Below, one piece after another: positions 1 through 13,100 of a stretch of DNA of 64,000 nt. How positions within the stretch are numbered: the first letter of the stretch is position 1; each line of letters begins with the position of its first letter. Below the pieces are notes generated by a model that saw only the letters and a program-made list of their open reading frames with translations, did no database searches and was not told the origin of the DNA. Source of the DNA: Trichosphaerium sp. ATCC 40318 (taxonomy: Eukaryota; Protista; Tubulinea); NCBI GenBank assembly GCA_038496445.1, contig JALMLS010000232.1, positions 186,001-250,000 on the forward strand. The letters are read 5' to 3'. The translations under genes were made by a program, and so were the position numbers.

Positions 1-1005
1 AGGAGGTTGAGAAGCAATTGTTGGACCTAGAACTTGAAGGAAATGTTATTGAAGAGATTACCAAGTCATTGGCTATAAAGTCAATAGAAGAATTGAAAGA
101 GAGGTTTGGTGAAGACAATGTTGTTGTAAAAGAGTTACAAACATTATGGAAATTAGCTGAAGCTTACGGATATCAAGAATGGTATGTATTTTTGTTTTAT
201 GTCACGTGATTTCATATATTATATTTATTTATAATAATATTAGGCTTGTATTAGATTGTAGTGTAGTTAGAGGACTTGCTTACTACACTGGTGTCGTTTT
301 TGAGGCCTTTGATAGGTGTGTATTTTTTTATTGTTGTTTATTTGTTTTCTTTTTCGTTTGCTTGTTCTTTTCTTGCTTTTTTGTTACTTATTTTTGATTC
401 TAGAGGTGCTACACTCCGTGCTATTTGTGGTGGAGGGCGTTATGATAAGTTATTGAGTATCTATGGCGGTCAGGTATGTATTTTGTGAACTGACATTTTT
501 TGCTTTTTGAGAAACTTATTTTCTTTAGGATAAACCAGCTTGTGGTTTTGGATTTGGTGATTGCGTAATTATTGAGCTTCTCAAGGACAAAAAGTTATTA
601 CCAAAACTTGATAGATCAATAGATGACTTTATCATCCCATTCAATGAGGACTTACGCCCTCAAGCATGCAAGGTTGCAGCCAAGTAAGAAACTTTGTAAA
701 TTTTATCTTAGTCGTAACTTTCTTTACAGATTACGTTCTCAAGGACGTACTGTTGATGTACAACTTATGCCAAAGAAGAGAGTACCTTGGTGTCTCAACT
801 ATGCTGATCGCGTTGGAGCAGAAAGAGCAATCTTTGTACGTCTTCTGTTTTTGTATCTACAACATGAATAGCAACATCTATCTAACTTCGTTTTTTCTTA
901 AAGGTTGCCCCTGATGAATGGGCAAATGGAGAAGTTCGTATTAAGTACTTACGTGAAACTGATGAAGCCAAAAAGCAAGTCAACGTCAAATTTGAAGATT
1001 TGTAA
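1..1005 (+). CDS. HARS: Histidyl-tRNA synthetase, 3' portion (multi-exon, 5' end outside window)
   Basis: Spliced exons give VVRGLAYYTGVVFEAFD, RAICGGGRYD, PACGFGFGD and an anticodon-binding domain ([28 protein letters not shown]). GT-AG introns; stop TAA 1003-1005. Confidence 0.95.
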
Positions 1006-1266
1006 GAGAAAACAAAAGAAGGCCAATGGTTTGACTGAGATACAAGATAGTTACGATAACAGACAAACAAAAATAAAATTTGCAATTCAACCTTTTCTTC
1101 TCCCTTATCTCGGGGTACAACAATTAACGACCCTTTTCTAAATCAAAAGCTAATGATTTTCTTTGTGACGCAAAACGTGTTTTTCAAGCTGTTCAGAAAT
1201 CTGCGTGAACTTAAACTGTTAAGTGATTGTTTTGCTTTTACTTTTTTTGTGCTTCAAGCGTATACA

Positions 1267-4200
1267 ATGAAAACAGCGTACAGTGTCGTTTTTTGCATTG
1301 TATTGTTGCATGCGTACACACAAACGTTTAAAAAGGGTTCAATAACGATATGGAATACCGAACCAAATACAATACGGTGCTACGGTATATACAGACGGTA
1401 CCATGCGGTTTTCAACGCCTAAACGCTTTTTTTAACAAGTATTGGTATATTCGAGTCTGATGTAACTTAGGACAGAGAAATCGCTCAATAAGGAAGCCGT
1501 TATGGTACCTACAGGATCACAATGTATTCACTACTTGGGTCAAATCACATACCACCTGTCAGACATCAGTTATAGTTTTCTCTACACAGGAGACCTTAAC
1601 GCCACTTACGTTGCAACAAAGTACGTACCACTGTTACTCTTGTTTTTTACAGAAACTTGTAAAGTTGGCTAAACTTTTTTTACAGCACAGTCAAAACAGA
1701 TTCTTTTTTCACTTTTGTGTTAAGAACGGATGCTGAATGGTCTTTGTCCAAAGGTAAGATTTATAGCTTATTTTATTTCTCCACGTGCTACTCAACTGTG
1801 TAATCAAATTCTTTTTCTACAGTACCTGAACTTGGTCAACTTGGAGAAGTTATTGTTGAGATTAAGGCTACAGAGAATAATGAAGTGGAACGAGCACTAA
1901 GTATAAAACAACTTGGCTTAGGTTGGATATCTAGAGAAGCAACAAGAGACAAGTATTATAATGGTCGACGTATTGATATAACTGTAAACCTTCAAATCTA
2001 TTTGCTATCAACAGAAACTTACATACCAAAAGGTAAGCGAGTTATTGTTGAGTTCTTGTTTTTTGAATTACAACGTATTCTGACTTTGTACTTAGAGTAT
2101 GACACTATGTTTCCACTTCCAGGAAATTCATCAGCTGTTTATGTAGGAGGTACTTATAAAAGAAGTGCAGATGGCAACAGAGTTGCTATTTTAAAACCAT
2201 GTATTCAATACTACACAAGCGAGGTGAGTAAAAAACCAAAGATTCAACTGTAACACTAACATTCTACACAGGCATGTGTTGAACACAACGAATGTTATTG
2301 GTGCTATCAAACTACACGAAGTAATGATACGGTAAATACATGCATTTCTATTGATGATACATGCTTTAATGGCTGCTCTGCAAAGAGTGTTTGTGGTAAT
2401 AATGAGCCAACAACACTACCACCAACAGCTCTGCCTCCAACAGCTCTGTCTCCAACCACACTTCCTCCAACAACATTATCACCAACGACTTTAGCTCCTA
2501 CAATACCGCCAACCAATGATCCAACTACTCATGCTCCTACAACAGAACCTACTACTGAGTCGCCGACAGTTCCAGCGACCCCTACAACTGTACAACCAAC
2601 GACTCATCCGACTACTAAACCTCCAGTTTCTGAGTCACCAACTCTAGCTCCACCAACTACACAAGCGCCAAGACTCCCAAGCTGTCACTTACCTTGTTTG
2701 AATGGTGTATGCAACGTAACTACACTCATATGCTCTTGCAAGAGTCCATGGATAGGCGATAGATGCGAAACGCTTAACATAACTGTTCCTCAACAAGATG
2801 TGCTCAATATTGTCTCAGCAGTATTAACATCTTCTGTTTTCCTCATACCTTTCTTGGCACATTGCTCATGCTGTTACAGTATGTGGCAATCATCATATTT
2901 TGTTGCTGCATTGAGTTTATTCCAGTACTTGATTCTACCATCACGAAACAACCATTTTCTTGCACTTGCTATTGAAAGTACGTGCACCAAAATGACCTTT
3001 TTATTGTCTAACAAATACTCAGACGTCTTCCCTGCTTATGATGCTGCTATGTTTTCTCCGTTTCCTTCAGCTACAGGTAAAGGTATTGCTTCTTGGGAAA
3101 CTAGCCAAGCTGTACGTAAAGTTCTAGGTAACTTTAACTTAACATGTGTTTTATAGTTCTTTAAAATTGGTGGTACACTTTTCCCAAAGCTGCTAGTTTG
3201 CACAATGATTGTTTTGATTTTATTTATTGGATACTGGAGATCGCCTAATATAAAAGGTATTACATAATTATTTTAAGAGTGGATTGTACTAATGTACGTA
3301 GGTGTTAAGGTTTGTGGTATTCAGATAATGTTTGGGCGAACCTTCATTTTTTCGATAGCACTCAGCTACCTGCTCATGCCTGTTGTCGGATCTTTCTTCC
3401 GTGTATTCATTGACCTTCAATTTTACTATGGTGATGACTTGCTATACCCAACACCAAAAATAACACCTATGATAAGGGCAACGATTTCTTTAATTATTAT
3501 TTTCTTTAGTGTCACGTTTATTATATTGTACACACTTTACTATGAGCCAAAATCACGTGAATACAAAGAAAAACATGCTGATATTGGAAATGGATGGGTT
3601 AGTGTTAAGGTACGCTATTTGCATTCCTACGTGTGATAAGATGATTCTAATCACTGTAACACTAGTACCTTAAGAAAAAAGACAAACCAAGTTTAAAATG
3701 TGATTGCAGTGTTCACATGCTTGTAAGTGATGATCGCGATAAAGTTCTTTGTTTCAATGCAGAAGGATGTAAGAGTTGCCTAATATTATAAACGAAGTTA
3801 CTTACCTAACTTGTAATTCATAGTTACAGAAGAAGAGTTCATGTATGAAAACAGCTTCTTGTTTTCTGGTCTGTCAAAATATGACAGCAACATGGCCGGT
3901 TTTCTTAACAAAATAAGAGCCTTTGTAGCACACAGAATGAAGGCTATTGGTATAGCACATAAGTATGTAATACTCTTTACTAGATTCTCATTGTGCGCTG
4001 TATAATTAACATTGTTTCTTTTTAGAATTATGTTTGTTGCTCTTGCTACTTTGCTTTGGCATACACGCGCACAACTTCTTGTTACTGGATTATTTAATGG
4101 ATTTTATGCTTTGTTTCTATTCTTCGTGGTGCCGTACACGACATATGCAAAGTACTTGGCTGAGATGATAGCACTTGTATGTTCGATGATCTCTTTGTGC

Positions 4201-4419
4201 ATGCTTTGGGGATTCTTAAGATCTCCATCTTTCACTGTGCTTGTAGTTGCTGTCATAGTTATCCCTGCACTTGCTCTAGTGACCATACAAATAGTAGTAC
4301 CTATTACAGCGTCATGTTATGAGCTTAGAACAGATTACTCTTTAATAACAGGAGAAGATATACAATCTGATTTTGAACCTAATGTTGTAAATGATGGAGA
4401 TCCTGTTATACTTGATTAA
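1267..4419 (+). CDS. Multi-pass membrane protein: signal peptide, Cys-rich/PSI-like segment, Pro/Thr stalk, EGF-like domain, TRP-like C-terminal TM bundle
   Basis: MKTAYSVVFCIVLLHAY signal; PPTALPPT repeats ~2400-2670; CLNGVCNVTTLICSCKSPWIGDRC EGF; several hydrophobic exons ending at the stop of ORF 4012-4419. Confidence 0.75.
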
Positions 4420-4869
4420 TAATAATAAAAACCTTGTGTTTATTTATTTCACAACCAAAGCAATACGCAATACTGCAGCGTATTGCTGAAGTACTCTAAT
4501 TTTAGAAGGTTGCTTTTTTCTTGTTTGAGCCGACGGATTTGCGCAAAGCAGTGCTATCAATAATCACGGAATCAAAGGTATTAATAACTGTGTAATGAGT
4601 ACCTTTTGGGTATTTAGTGGACAATGACACTTGTACAGCCATTGAATAGTAGTTTACGCTTCTTGACCTCAAGTTGCGTCGTTCATTATAAAGTGTCGTT
4701 ATTCTTTGCTGTAGCTTAAAATCCTTTGTTGTCAGCTATGTTTAATGACAACATCGGAATAAGATGAATGTACTTAACTGTAAATATTTGCGGAAAAACA
4801 TATTTATTTACATGTCATATCACTATCTTCATAATATTACTAAGGTTTATTGTGGCATATATCCCAGTA

Positions 4870-7800
4870 CTAAGGTACCATAGTAGTACTACTTAGTCTC
4901 CTTATACATCTTCTTCTTCCGTTCAAGTACACAGGAGGTTCCACAATCACTTGTTGAGGAGCTATAGTAGCTGGTTCTGCCTGTAAACGTTTTAGGAAAG
5001 AATGGTAAAAACTGTTTTCAACCAGATTTATAACCACGTACCGTTACAACTATGTTTTCTTCAGCTAGAGTTTCAATGAGTTGCATTTTGGCTGCATCAT
5101 CGCTCACAAAAGATCCCACTATTTCTTGTACTGTCATTGACCCTCCTAAGGCAGTGTTAGACTGGAATTTTTAATCTTAGTGGGCGGTATGGCATACCAC
5201 CGTTTGAGTTCACTGTAACCACTATTCTAGTTCCTAACTGACGCTTTAAATCAGTGTCTGGCTCTTGGAAAATCACTACATCAACAAATGACAGACCCAG
5301 AGCTTCTAATAAAGCTGCTCCCACAGCTTGTACCGTTTCAGGTGACGCTGGGTAAAAAGCATCAATACTAATGGCTACACTAGCTATAGAAGCAACTATG
5401 TAAATAATCATTTCATTAACCAGAGAGTTCTTACTTGATTGTGGACACAATGAGTTTGGGTTTGAAGCATCGAATGAAACACTACCGTTCTAGCAAAGTG
5501 GTTAGAAAATAAACACAAAAGTCAACACGTTAATTGTTAAACCACGTGATTTAAAAATAAAACATGGCTAAGAACGTACTGCTAATGTCCATGTTGTCAG
5601 CTCACCAGAAAATAAAAAATCAAAACCCCCAGGTGCAGGGTAAAAAGGAGCAGTTTCACGAAAGAACTGAGGAGTTTCGTTTAGTCCAGTGGGGTTCATG
5701 AAATTGTTGGATCCGTGAAGCTCAAGTATAGGAGTCTTAAGTAAATTAGTACTATAAACACCTAAAAAACTAGTTGTACGTTTGTTATCCACCCGAGATG
5801 TGCAGTGAAGGTTCCATTAGGGTTTTCTGAAATGCAATCAAAGCGTGGTATTAATTGTGGTGCTAATGGAGGATTTGTTGGAGGCTGTAGTGTTGGGGGT
5901 GTTGGGGGATTTGTTGGAGGAGGTGTTGGAGGGAACGTTGTCATTGGAGGAGGTGTTGTCCGAGGAGGTGTTGGAGGGAACGTTGTCATTGGAGGAGGTG
6001 TTGTCCGAGGAGGTGTTGGAGGAAACGTTGTCATTGGAGGAGGTGTTGTCCGAGGAGGTATTGGAGGATTTGTTGGAGGCTGTAGTGTTGGGGGTGTTGG
6101 GGGATTTGTTGGAGGAGGTGTTGGAGGGAACGTTGTCATTGGAGGAGGTGTTGTCCGAGGAGGTGTTGGAGGGGACGTTGTTGGAGTTGGGGGAAACGTT
6201 GGGGCAACTGTTGGAGGGAACGTTGTTGGAGTTGGGGGAAATGTTGGAGGTATCATTGGAGGAGGTGTTGTTGGAGGTGGTGTTGGAGGATTTGTTGGAG
6301 GCTGTAATGTTGTTGAAGGTTCTGTTGGCGGAGGTGGTGTTGGAGGATTTGTTGGAGGCTGTAATGTTGTTGAAGGCTCTGTTGGCGGAGGGGGTGTTGT
6401 TGGAGGTGGTGTTGGAGGGGACGTTGTTGGAGTTGGGGGAAACGTTGGGGCAACTGTTGGAGGGAACGTTGTTGGAGTTGGGGGAAATGTTGGAGGTATC
6501 ATTGGAGGAGGTGTTGTTGGAGGTGGTGTTAATTCATTTGGAGACATTGTTGGTGAAAATGGAGGTGGTGTTAATTCATTTGGAGACATCGTTGGTGAGA
6601 ATGGAGGTGGTGTTAGTTCATTTGGAGACATTGTTGGTGAGAATGGAGGTGGTGTTAATTCATTTGGAGACATCGTTGGCGAAAATGGAGGTGGTGTTAG
6701 TTCATTTGGAGACATCGTTGGCGAGAATGGAGGTGGTGTTAATTCATTTGGAGACATCGTTGGTGAGAATGGAGGTGGTGTTAGTTCATTTGGAGACATT
6801 GTTGGTGAGAATGGAGGTGGTGTTAGTTCATTTGGAGACATTGTTGGTGATATTGGAGGTTCTGTTAACACTTCATCATGTATTGGGGGAAATGTTGGTA
6901 GTTGCCGTTTTACAAAGTTTCCCAGGCAGCAGTGTATGTTACCAAACATGGTTTCTTTAAGCAATTGCACATTACCTTAGCCAATGTTAACATAGCTTCA
7001 AATCAGATTGCTTAAAAAACGTACTTGTGTGCTTGTGTAATAACCTCACAGAACGAGATGACTTATTCTTTATCAACAGGTTTGATTCATCTTTTTTTGT
7101 GATCACGTTCATATATCCTTCAAATGAAGTCAAAGAAGAAGCTTTGATTGTATTGGTGTCAAGGTAGCATTCATCGCCAGATGATATCAATTCTGACGGA
7201 AAATAGGCAATTGTACTGTTTTTGTTGTTGTAGGTTGACAAAAAAGTTGACTCTCCATCGACTTCAACTAAACAATAATGTTACTTTCCACTGCATTGTA
7301 AGAAGAAGGAAAAATAGCGATAAAAATAATCACGTGATTTGAGAAAAACCGGTTATCAAGTTTTTAGGTTGTACGTACTTGCTATTACAGCTTCAGGGAT
7401 ATTGATGTTACATGATTGTTCACGTTTTGAAACGCAGTTGCCGGTTAAATCGATTGAGTATTGATCAAGTTGTTTCCTTTTGTTCGAATGAAGAACAAAA
7501 TTATTATCGCTTGAAAAAGCTCCTACGGAGTACTCATTTGGAAACCAAATGGCACATAGACGGGTGCCACTAATATCATAAACATCCAAAGAATCTTTTT
7601 CAACAACAACTAAGTAAGAGCATTCTTTGGAAACAACTACAAAACAATAAGTTATGAGCTGAGAAAAAAAAAAGGTGAAACAAAATGCTTCGCACATGAA
7701 AATGAATCCTGCCTCAGTTCATTCTCAAAGTATCCAACCGGCGTATCTTAAAAGAATCAATATTTTTGTTGAGAGCTATAATACCGCGTACAGGTTAAGA

Positions 7801-7954
7801 GGCTACTATCAGACATCCATAGAGTACGTCTTGATTTATCAGCGTCATCTCTAGACGTTTCTGAGTGAAAACCAATGAACTGAGCTGTTCTAGACTCAAC
7901 AGCGATAATCGTCAAAATACAGACTATAAAGATACATGTAGATGCGTTTCTCAT
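4870..7954 (-). CDS. Secreted/surface Pro/Thr-rich (mucin-like) protein, multi-exon
   Basis: Signal peptide MRNASTCIFIVCILTIIAVES at 7954; long PT-repeat exon (ORF 5762-6970); spliced downstream exons (AHLGWITN/TPILELHGSNNF; SIAISIDAF). Stop position approximate. Confidence 0.75.
5865..6518 (-). repeat. Composite Pro/Thr coding repeats with block duplications
   Basis: Repeated blocks TTPPPMTTFPPTPPR, TLQPPTNPP and PPTFPPTPTTFPPTVAPTFPPTPTTSPP. Confidence 0.9.
6519..6855 (-). repeat. 42-bp coding tandem repeat, 8 copies (PPPFSPTMSPNELT)
   Basis: Unit ggaggtggtgttaattcatttggagacatcgttggtgagaat, repeated with only synonymous-type differences. Confidence 0.95.
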
Positions 7955-8896
7955 TATGGTGTTGAAATGGGTTTTGATGAATTGTTCACAAGACAAATAC
8001 AAAAAACTTCTATCGCTGAAATGTGACATGTACATGAAACCAAGACCGCTACTTGGTCAGAATACGCAAGGTGCTAAGCGCCTTATAGCAAAGTACAGAG
8101 TGTATAGCGCTTTTCTTTGTTAATTGAACTTAATTTTTTTTTCAACTTCAATTCTTTAACTTCAAAACTTCCATAAATCTAGACCTCATTTTTAAAACAA
8201 CCCTTGATATCTGTGATACCAATAATACGCCTGTGTTACCACAAAACGTACAACAACAATATACACATGTTAAACGCAAGTGTAGAGACCACCCAGCATA
8301 GACAACAGTTAATACGAACAATAAGAGGTAGTATTTTTCGTGGCGCAGTTTTTGGTTATGTGTACAGTATGGATAATACCACGCGTGCTGGGGCATTGTA
8401 TTAAATTAAGAGTACTCTTTCTACTTTTTCTGCTTTTTTTTGGTAGTTTTGGTTATGTGAAAACGTCAAACGTCACGTTTTTTCCTTTCTTAGATCTTGA
8501 GGTCGAGCAGTTTTAATCTCTCAAAAACTAGTAGTCCTTACCGGTGCTTTTTTTAAAACCGTGATGACTCATTTGCACTATGTTAGACGTTGTTGCTTGT
8601 GGTTATGATTTTCGGGAGTAGCAACGGTAGTTCCTATCGGCACAAATTGGTTGCTAATGTTTACTTCTAAAATTCTGTTTTAGGTGAATAATGATGAGTT
8701 TACAGAGCATTTACTGCTTGTACAAGTGCTAGCGTAATAATACATCTGTGTAATTACTCTAAAACGTGAAGTGTTTAAATTTTACTCTGGGCACTAGGAC
8801 GCCTCCTACTAGGAGGACCCAAAGACTCAAAATACAACCTTAATAAAATAAATTCAGATCCTCAAACAAAATATCAATCAAGAAAGACACACAATG

Positions 8897-9205
8897 AAAT
8901 TATGTTGTTTGCTGAGCGCTGCTCTTCCCGCGTTGAGAGCGGTAGGTGCAACTCATATGTAAACCCTTGACTAGCTCCAATGTGCTAGTCTGCGATTGGG
9001 TCGTTCGATGCAACGCAGACATATAAAAGTAAAGTAAAAGTAAACTGGTATAAACCACTAAGATTGAGTGAAATGTAGTGCTGAACAGCGTCGGACAAAG
9101 GCACACTGTAGCAAAAATCAACTTGGTTGAAAGCTTGCTGGAGGTTATCTCCAGTTACTAGGTAAGTTTGGATGTAAAGTTACCTAGAGCAAACAGCAGC
9201 AATTT
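8897..9205 (+). ncRNA. Candidate structured RNA of unknown family
   Basis: 11-bp closing stem 8903-8913/9188-9198 enclosing at least six short helices; G-U wobbles favour the + strand; no credible protein product. Confidence 0.5.
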
Positions 9206-10186
9206 ATAGAGCATGTACACGCACAAAAAGACCTAAAGATGTCGTGCTAGTAACAGTATCTGGTCAAAACAAACATTTACTTGAAATAATTTCTTTATGC
9301 TTTCAAAAGATTTACTCGTTGGTTGCACGTTGCGAACCAACACCAACAACGATTCTCACCAAAAGTTGTCAGCGTAGGGATTTTAGGCTTTTCATTCAAT
9401 TGCAACCTTTAAACATTAGGCATTTATCTTGGATCGCTTTCGGAATTTCTTTGAACTTGCGGATAATTCACGTGAATTACAAACGATCAGCGTACCGGAA
9501 ATCTTTTCTTTCATGTTGTCACAGTTGCTTTTGTTCAAAGCCAAAGGTAGCAAACAGGAGTTATACATATTAGGTAGCTTATACATCATGATTAAGATTA
9601 AATACAAGTAAATGTCTTGATAGTCCGATAAAGACTGTCAGATTATGTGAACGTGACATTCAGCTGACTGGTGTTGGTTCCGCCATGACGCGATTCTGGT
9701 AACATTTCAATACGAACCGTGAGAGTGTTATTCTGCCCATATTAGCGTGGCTTTATTTGTTCATGTGATATTTTGATTTTCACATATTTTTCTTACTATT
9801 TGGCACCCACGACCGCATTTAATTCATCAGTTACAAAGGGGCGCAAAAATCATATTCAAACCGTAGGTGTGACGTGTTAAAGTCATCAATCCAAAATACA
9901 TGGGGGAAAAGATACTGAGATTGTCATGACAACGTGAAAGGATATTAGCGTTGAATATGGTGCACCTGCAGGTTTTATGAAGTGACTGTCTTCATCCGTC
10001 CGGTTTGCAGTTTACTGAATATTTTTCAAATATTTCACGTGAATGTCAAAACGGTCCGGTCTTGCGAAGAAAAATAAAGCGTGAACTATATTTGTTTATT
10101 GAATAACTTGCGCTCTTGGTTTTAAGCAACGAAATAGATCAAAAGTAAAATAGTGAGAAACAAACAACTAGTGCAACACTTCAACA

Positions 10187-13100
10187 ATGCGCTTTACATT
10201 ACTTCTCATTGTATTGTCTTCCTTGTTATTTTATGTCACGGCTCACAATGAACAAATATGTGGTGGAGGAAGCCAGTCTCAAAACGCTATTTGCTACAAT
10301 ACAGCAAGGTATGTGTACACATAGCTTTTTGGTTGAGTAACTGTATTGTTTGTTTTAGTTCTACAGACCTCTTTGATAGAAGCCTTATTACAGCACGTTT
10401 GATCACAAGCCAAGGATGTGCTTGTACTGGGTGGCTGATAGGATCTGAAGGTCACTTCATTACAAACCATCACTGTTGGTCTACTGGAAGCTGCAAGGGG
10501 TTCGTTGCACTATTCTAAAAACGGGGACTTCTAACAGCCTTTCTTAGTTCTGCAGCAAACAATGCAGATGTAGCAGCCGCCACCTATGAATTTAATTGTC
10601 ACCAACCAACTTGCGCTAGTGCCAATCCGTCTGGTTCTGTTCCAGCTGCTTGTACTCAATGGGGAGCAGCAGGAGCGACAGTATGTTTTGTTTGTTAACT
10701 TTTCTTTAACTGACATTTTCGTTTAGATCATTGATCAAGATATTAGTTTAGACTATGTGCTAATTGATCTTCCTGGCAACGCTGCTCTTACATACAACGG
10801 ACAATTGATAGCAACTAACGCAAACGTTGGAGAAGTGCGTAACAAGTTATTCTGACGCGTGCTAATCACTCTTAGCAAATCTTTATTTCTCAGCATCCAG
10901 CTCGCCGTGCTAGAGAGATCTCGGATGTCATTGATAACGGCGATAGATGTACCATTCAATCTACAAATGAAGTAAATTTCCAGGGTGGAGCTAATGTTCT
11001 GTACGTGGTTGTGCGTTTTCTTGTTTAACATGTCTTTTAGTGGATATGATTGCGATACTGAAGGTGGAAGTTCAGGGTCTCCAGTAGTAAGAAGAACAGA
11101 CTGGGTACCTCAGCTCTTGTAAAACAAAAATATTGACTTTTGAATAGCGTGCCGTTGCATTACACCACGCCAGATCCGGCCAAAGTATCCCTTGCTGGAA
11201 CAGAGGTGTTCCTATGTGGCGTATTAGAAACATGCTTGATAGTCGAGGTATTGATACTACAGGATATTTGACCGATGCTCCTGGTGGTGCTCATGCATGG
11301 GGCGATCCTCATTATACTACTTTTGATGGAAGAAAGCATCATTTTCAAGGATATGGAAAGTTCCATCTTGCAATCTCGCACTACAATAAGTACTTTCTTC
11401 AATCAAGAACAACAAACAATCCAACTCTATGGCCACATGCCACTATTAACCATGAAGTAAGTGATTATTAAGCTTAGTTTATACTTTGAGTCGTTCGTTT
11501 TCTGTTGTTTTTCTTTGTCACGTGACTTTGATTTTTAGATTGGATTGGGATATGAGATTGATGGAAACGATGTTTTTGTTGCTGTAAAGGCAATAAGATA
11601 TAATGGGGCTTGTGTTGGATTTGATGTTGTTCATCAATGTAAAGAATCGTATGTTGTTTTGCTTTTTTTGGAACTTACAGCTTACTTTTTCGTCCTAGTT
11701 TATTCGATCAGATATACTTTGGCCAAACTATTTCAAGATCTGTTGCAAGAGATGGATTCACTGCATCTGTCAGCCAAGCGAATAATAAATACTATGTCAC
11801 CTTTAGATACAACACAGGTACGATACTAACCGCTTTGGTTATTTTGTGCTTACAAATGGCTTTAGGCGCTTCTTTGAAGGTTTCTGTCAATCACAGAGAT
11901 AGTGAATGTTGGTTGAATGTTGCTCCTAAGACTCCAGGATCGTTTTATGGACGTGTTCAAGGGCTTCTTGGAACTTGGGATGATAACATATTCAACGATT
12001 TCACAAAGAAAGGAACCAACATAGTTGTACCTCACGCTGAATTCGCTGAATCATGTACGACTCCCTTAGTTAGCTAAACTTCGTTTAACAATTTAATTTA
12101 TAGACCGAGTGGAAACAGGAGAACCAGATGTATTAAGCTGTAGACTTGAGAGTAAAACGTTTATTGATCCAACATTCACAGGTTTGGTTGGGCTGACACT
12201 TGAGGGAGCTGACCCTGATTGTACGCTTGTTTTTCAACAATAGGTAAGGTGCTGAATAGCTAATCGTGATTAGGGGTACAAATTGCCAACCAAGCATGTA
12301 TTGAAGTTGAAAATGATGAAGATAGAAGAGCATGTGTATTTGATGTCGCTCATACTAGAAATATTGGATTTGCTCACCAGGACATTCTGGTTAACAATAG
12401 TACGCTTATGATCATACAGTGACTTTGTAATGACTTTATTGTATAGAGTGTCCTAATGATTGTAATGGTCGCGGTGCTTGTGTTCGCGGTCAATGTGAGT
12501 GCACTCTCGGATATTCAGGAAAAGACTGTAGCCAAAGTACGGTTTGACTTGAGAGATTGTGACTTAATTGGATGATAGGCAAATGCGAAAATTGCAATAC
12601 TAAGAATGCTGATTGTATTGGCGGCAAGTGTGTTTGTCACCCAGGATACCTACCACCGACTTGTGATAAATCTGTTACAATTTGTAACTTGAACTCATTC
12701 TCTGATCTTGAAGAGCCAATTGTTACATCTTTGGCTGTTGAAGGAGGTACACTTTTGTCGTTTTGTTTTTTGATTTCATTGTTGACAAATTAATAGGTAT
12801 CAAGATGTTCGTCACCGTTCCATACTTTACTGAGGGAACTACTATCATTGATTTCAAACCTTTCGAAAAGCTTGATAGCCTTTCAGAGTGCGCTAATCGT
12901 ATGCCTTCCTCACCTGCAGAAGTACATTCAGGAAGTGGAACTGTATGTGTTTACTTGCTTTAACAACCATACTTACAACATACAATAGACCACATGGAGG
13001 TATGCACCTGATGCAAAATTCCCTGGTGCTATCTCAGGAGACTTTGCTGGATACGAACTGCCGCAGTAAGAGAAAAACCTTTGCACGTGTTGTAGTTTAA

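Noticed and set aside
6519-6855. CRISPR-like regular array
   Set aside because: No unique spacers; it is an in-frame 42-bp coding repeat in a eukaryotic gene.
5805-6980. Two long + strand ORFs (Gly/Val-rich and Leu/Glu-rich)
   Set aside because: Antisense shadows of the Pro/Thr repeat exon; the minus frame joins flanking exons and a signal peptide.
8900-9121. 73-aa minus-strand ORF over the structured region
   Set aside because: Non-ATG start, no recognisable motif and no splice context.
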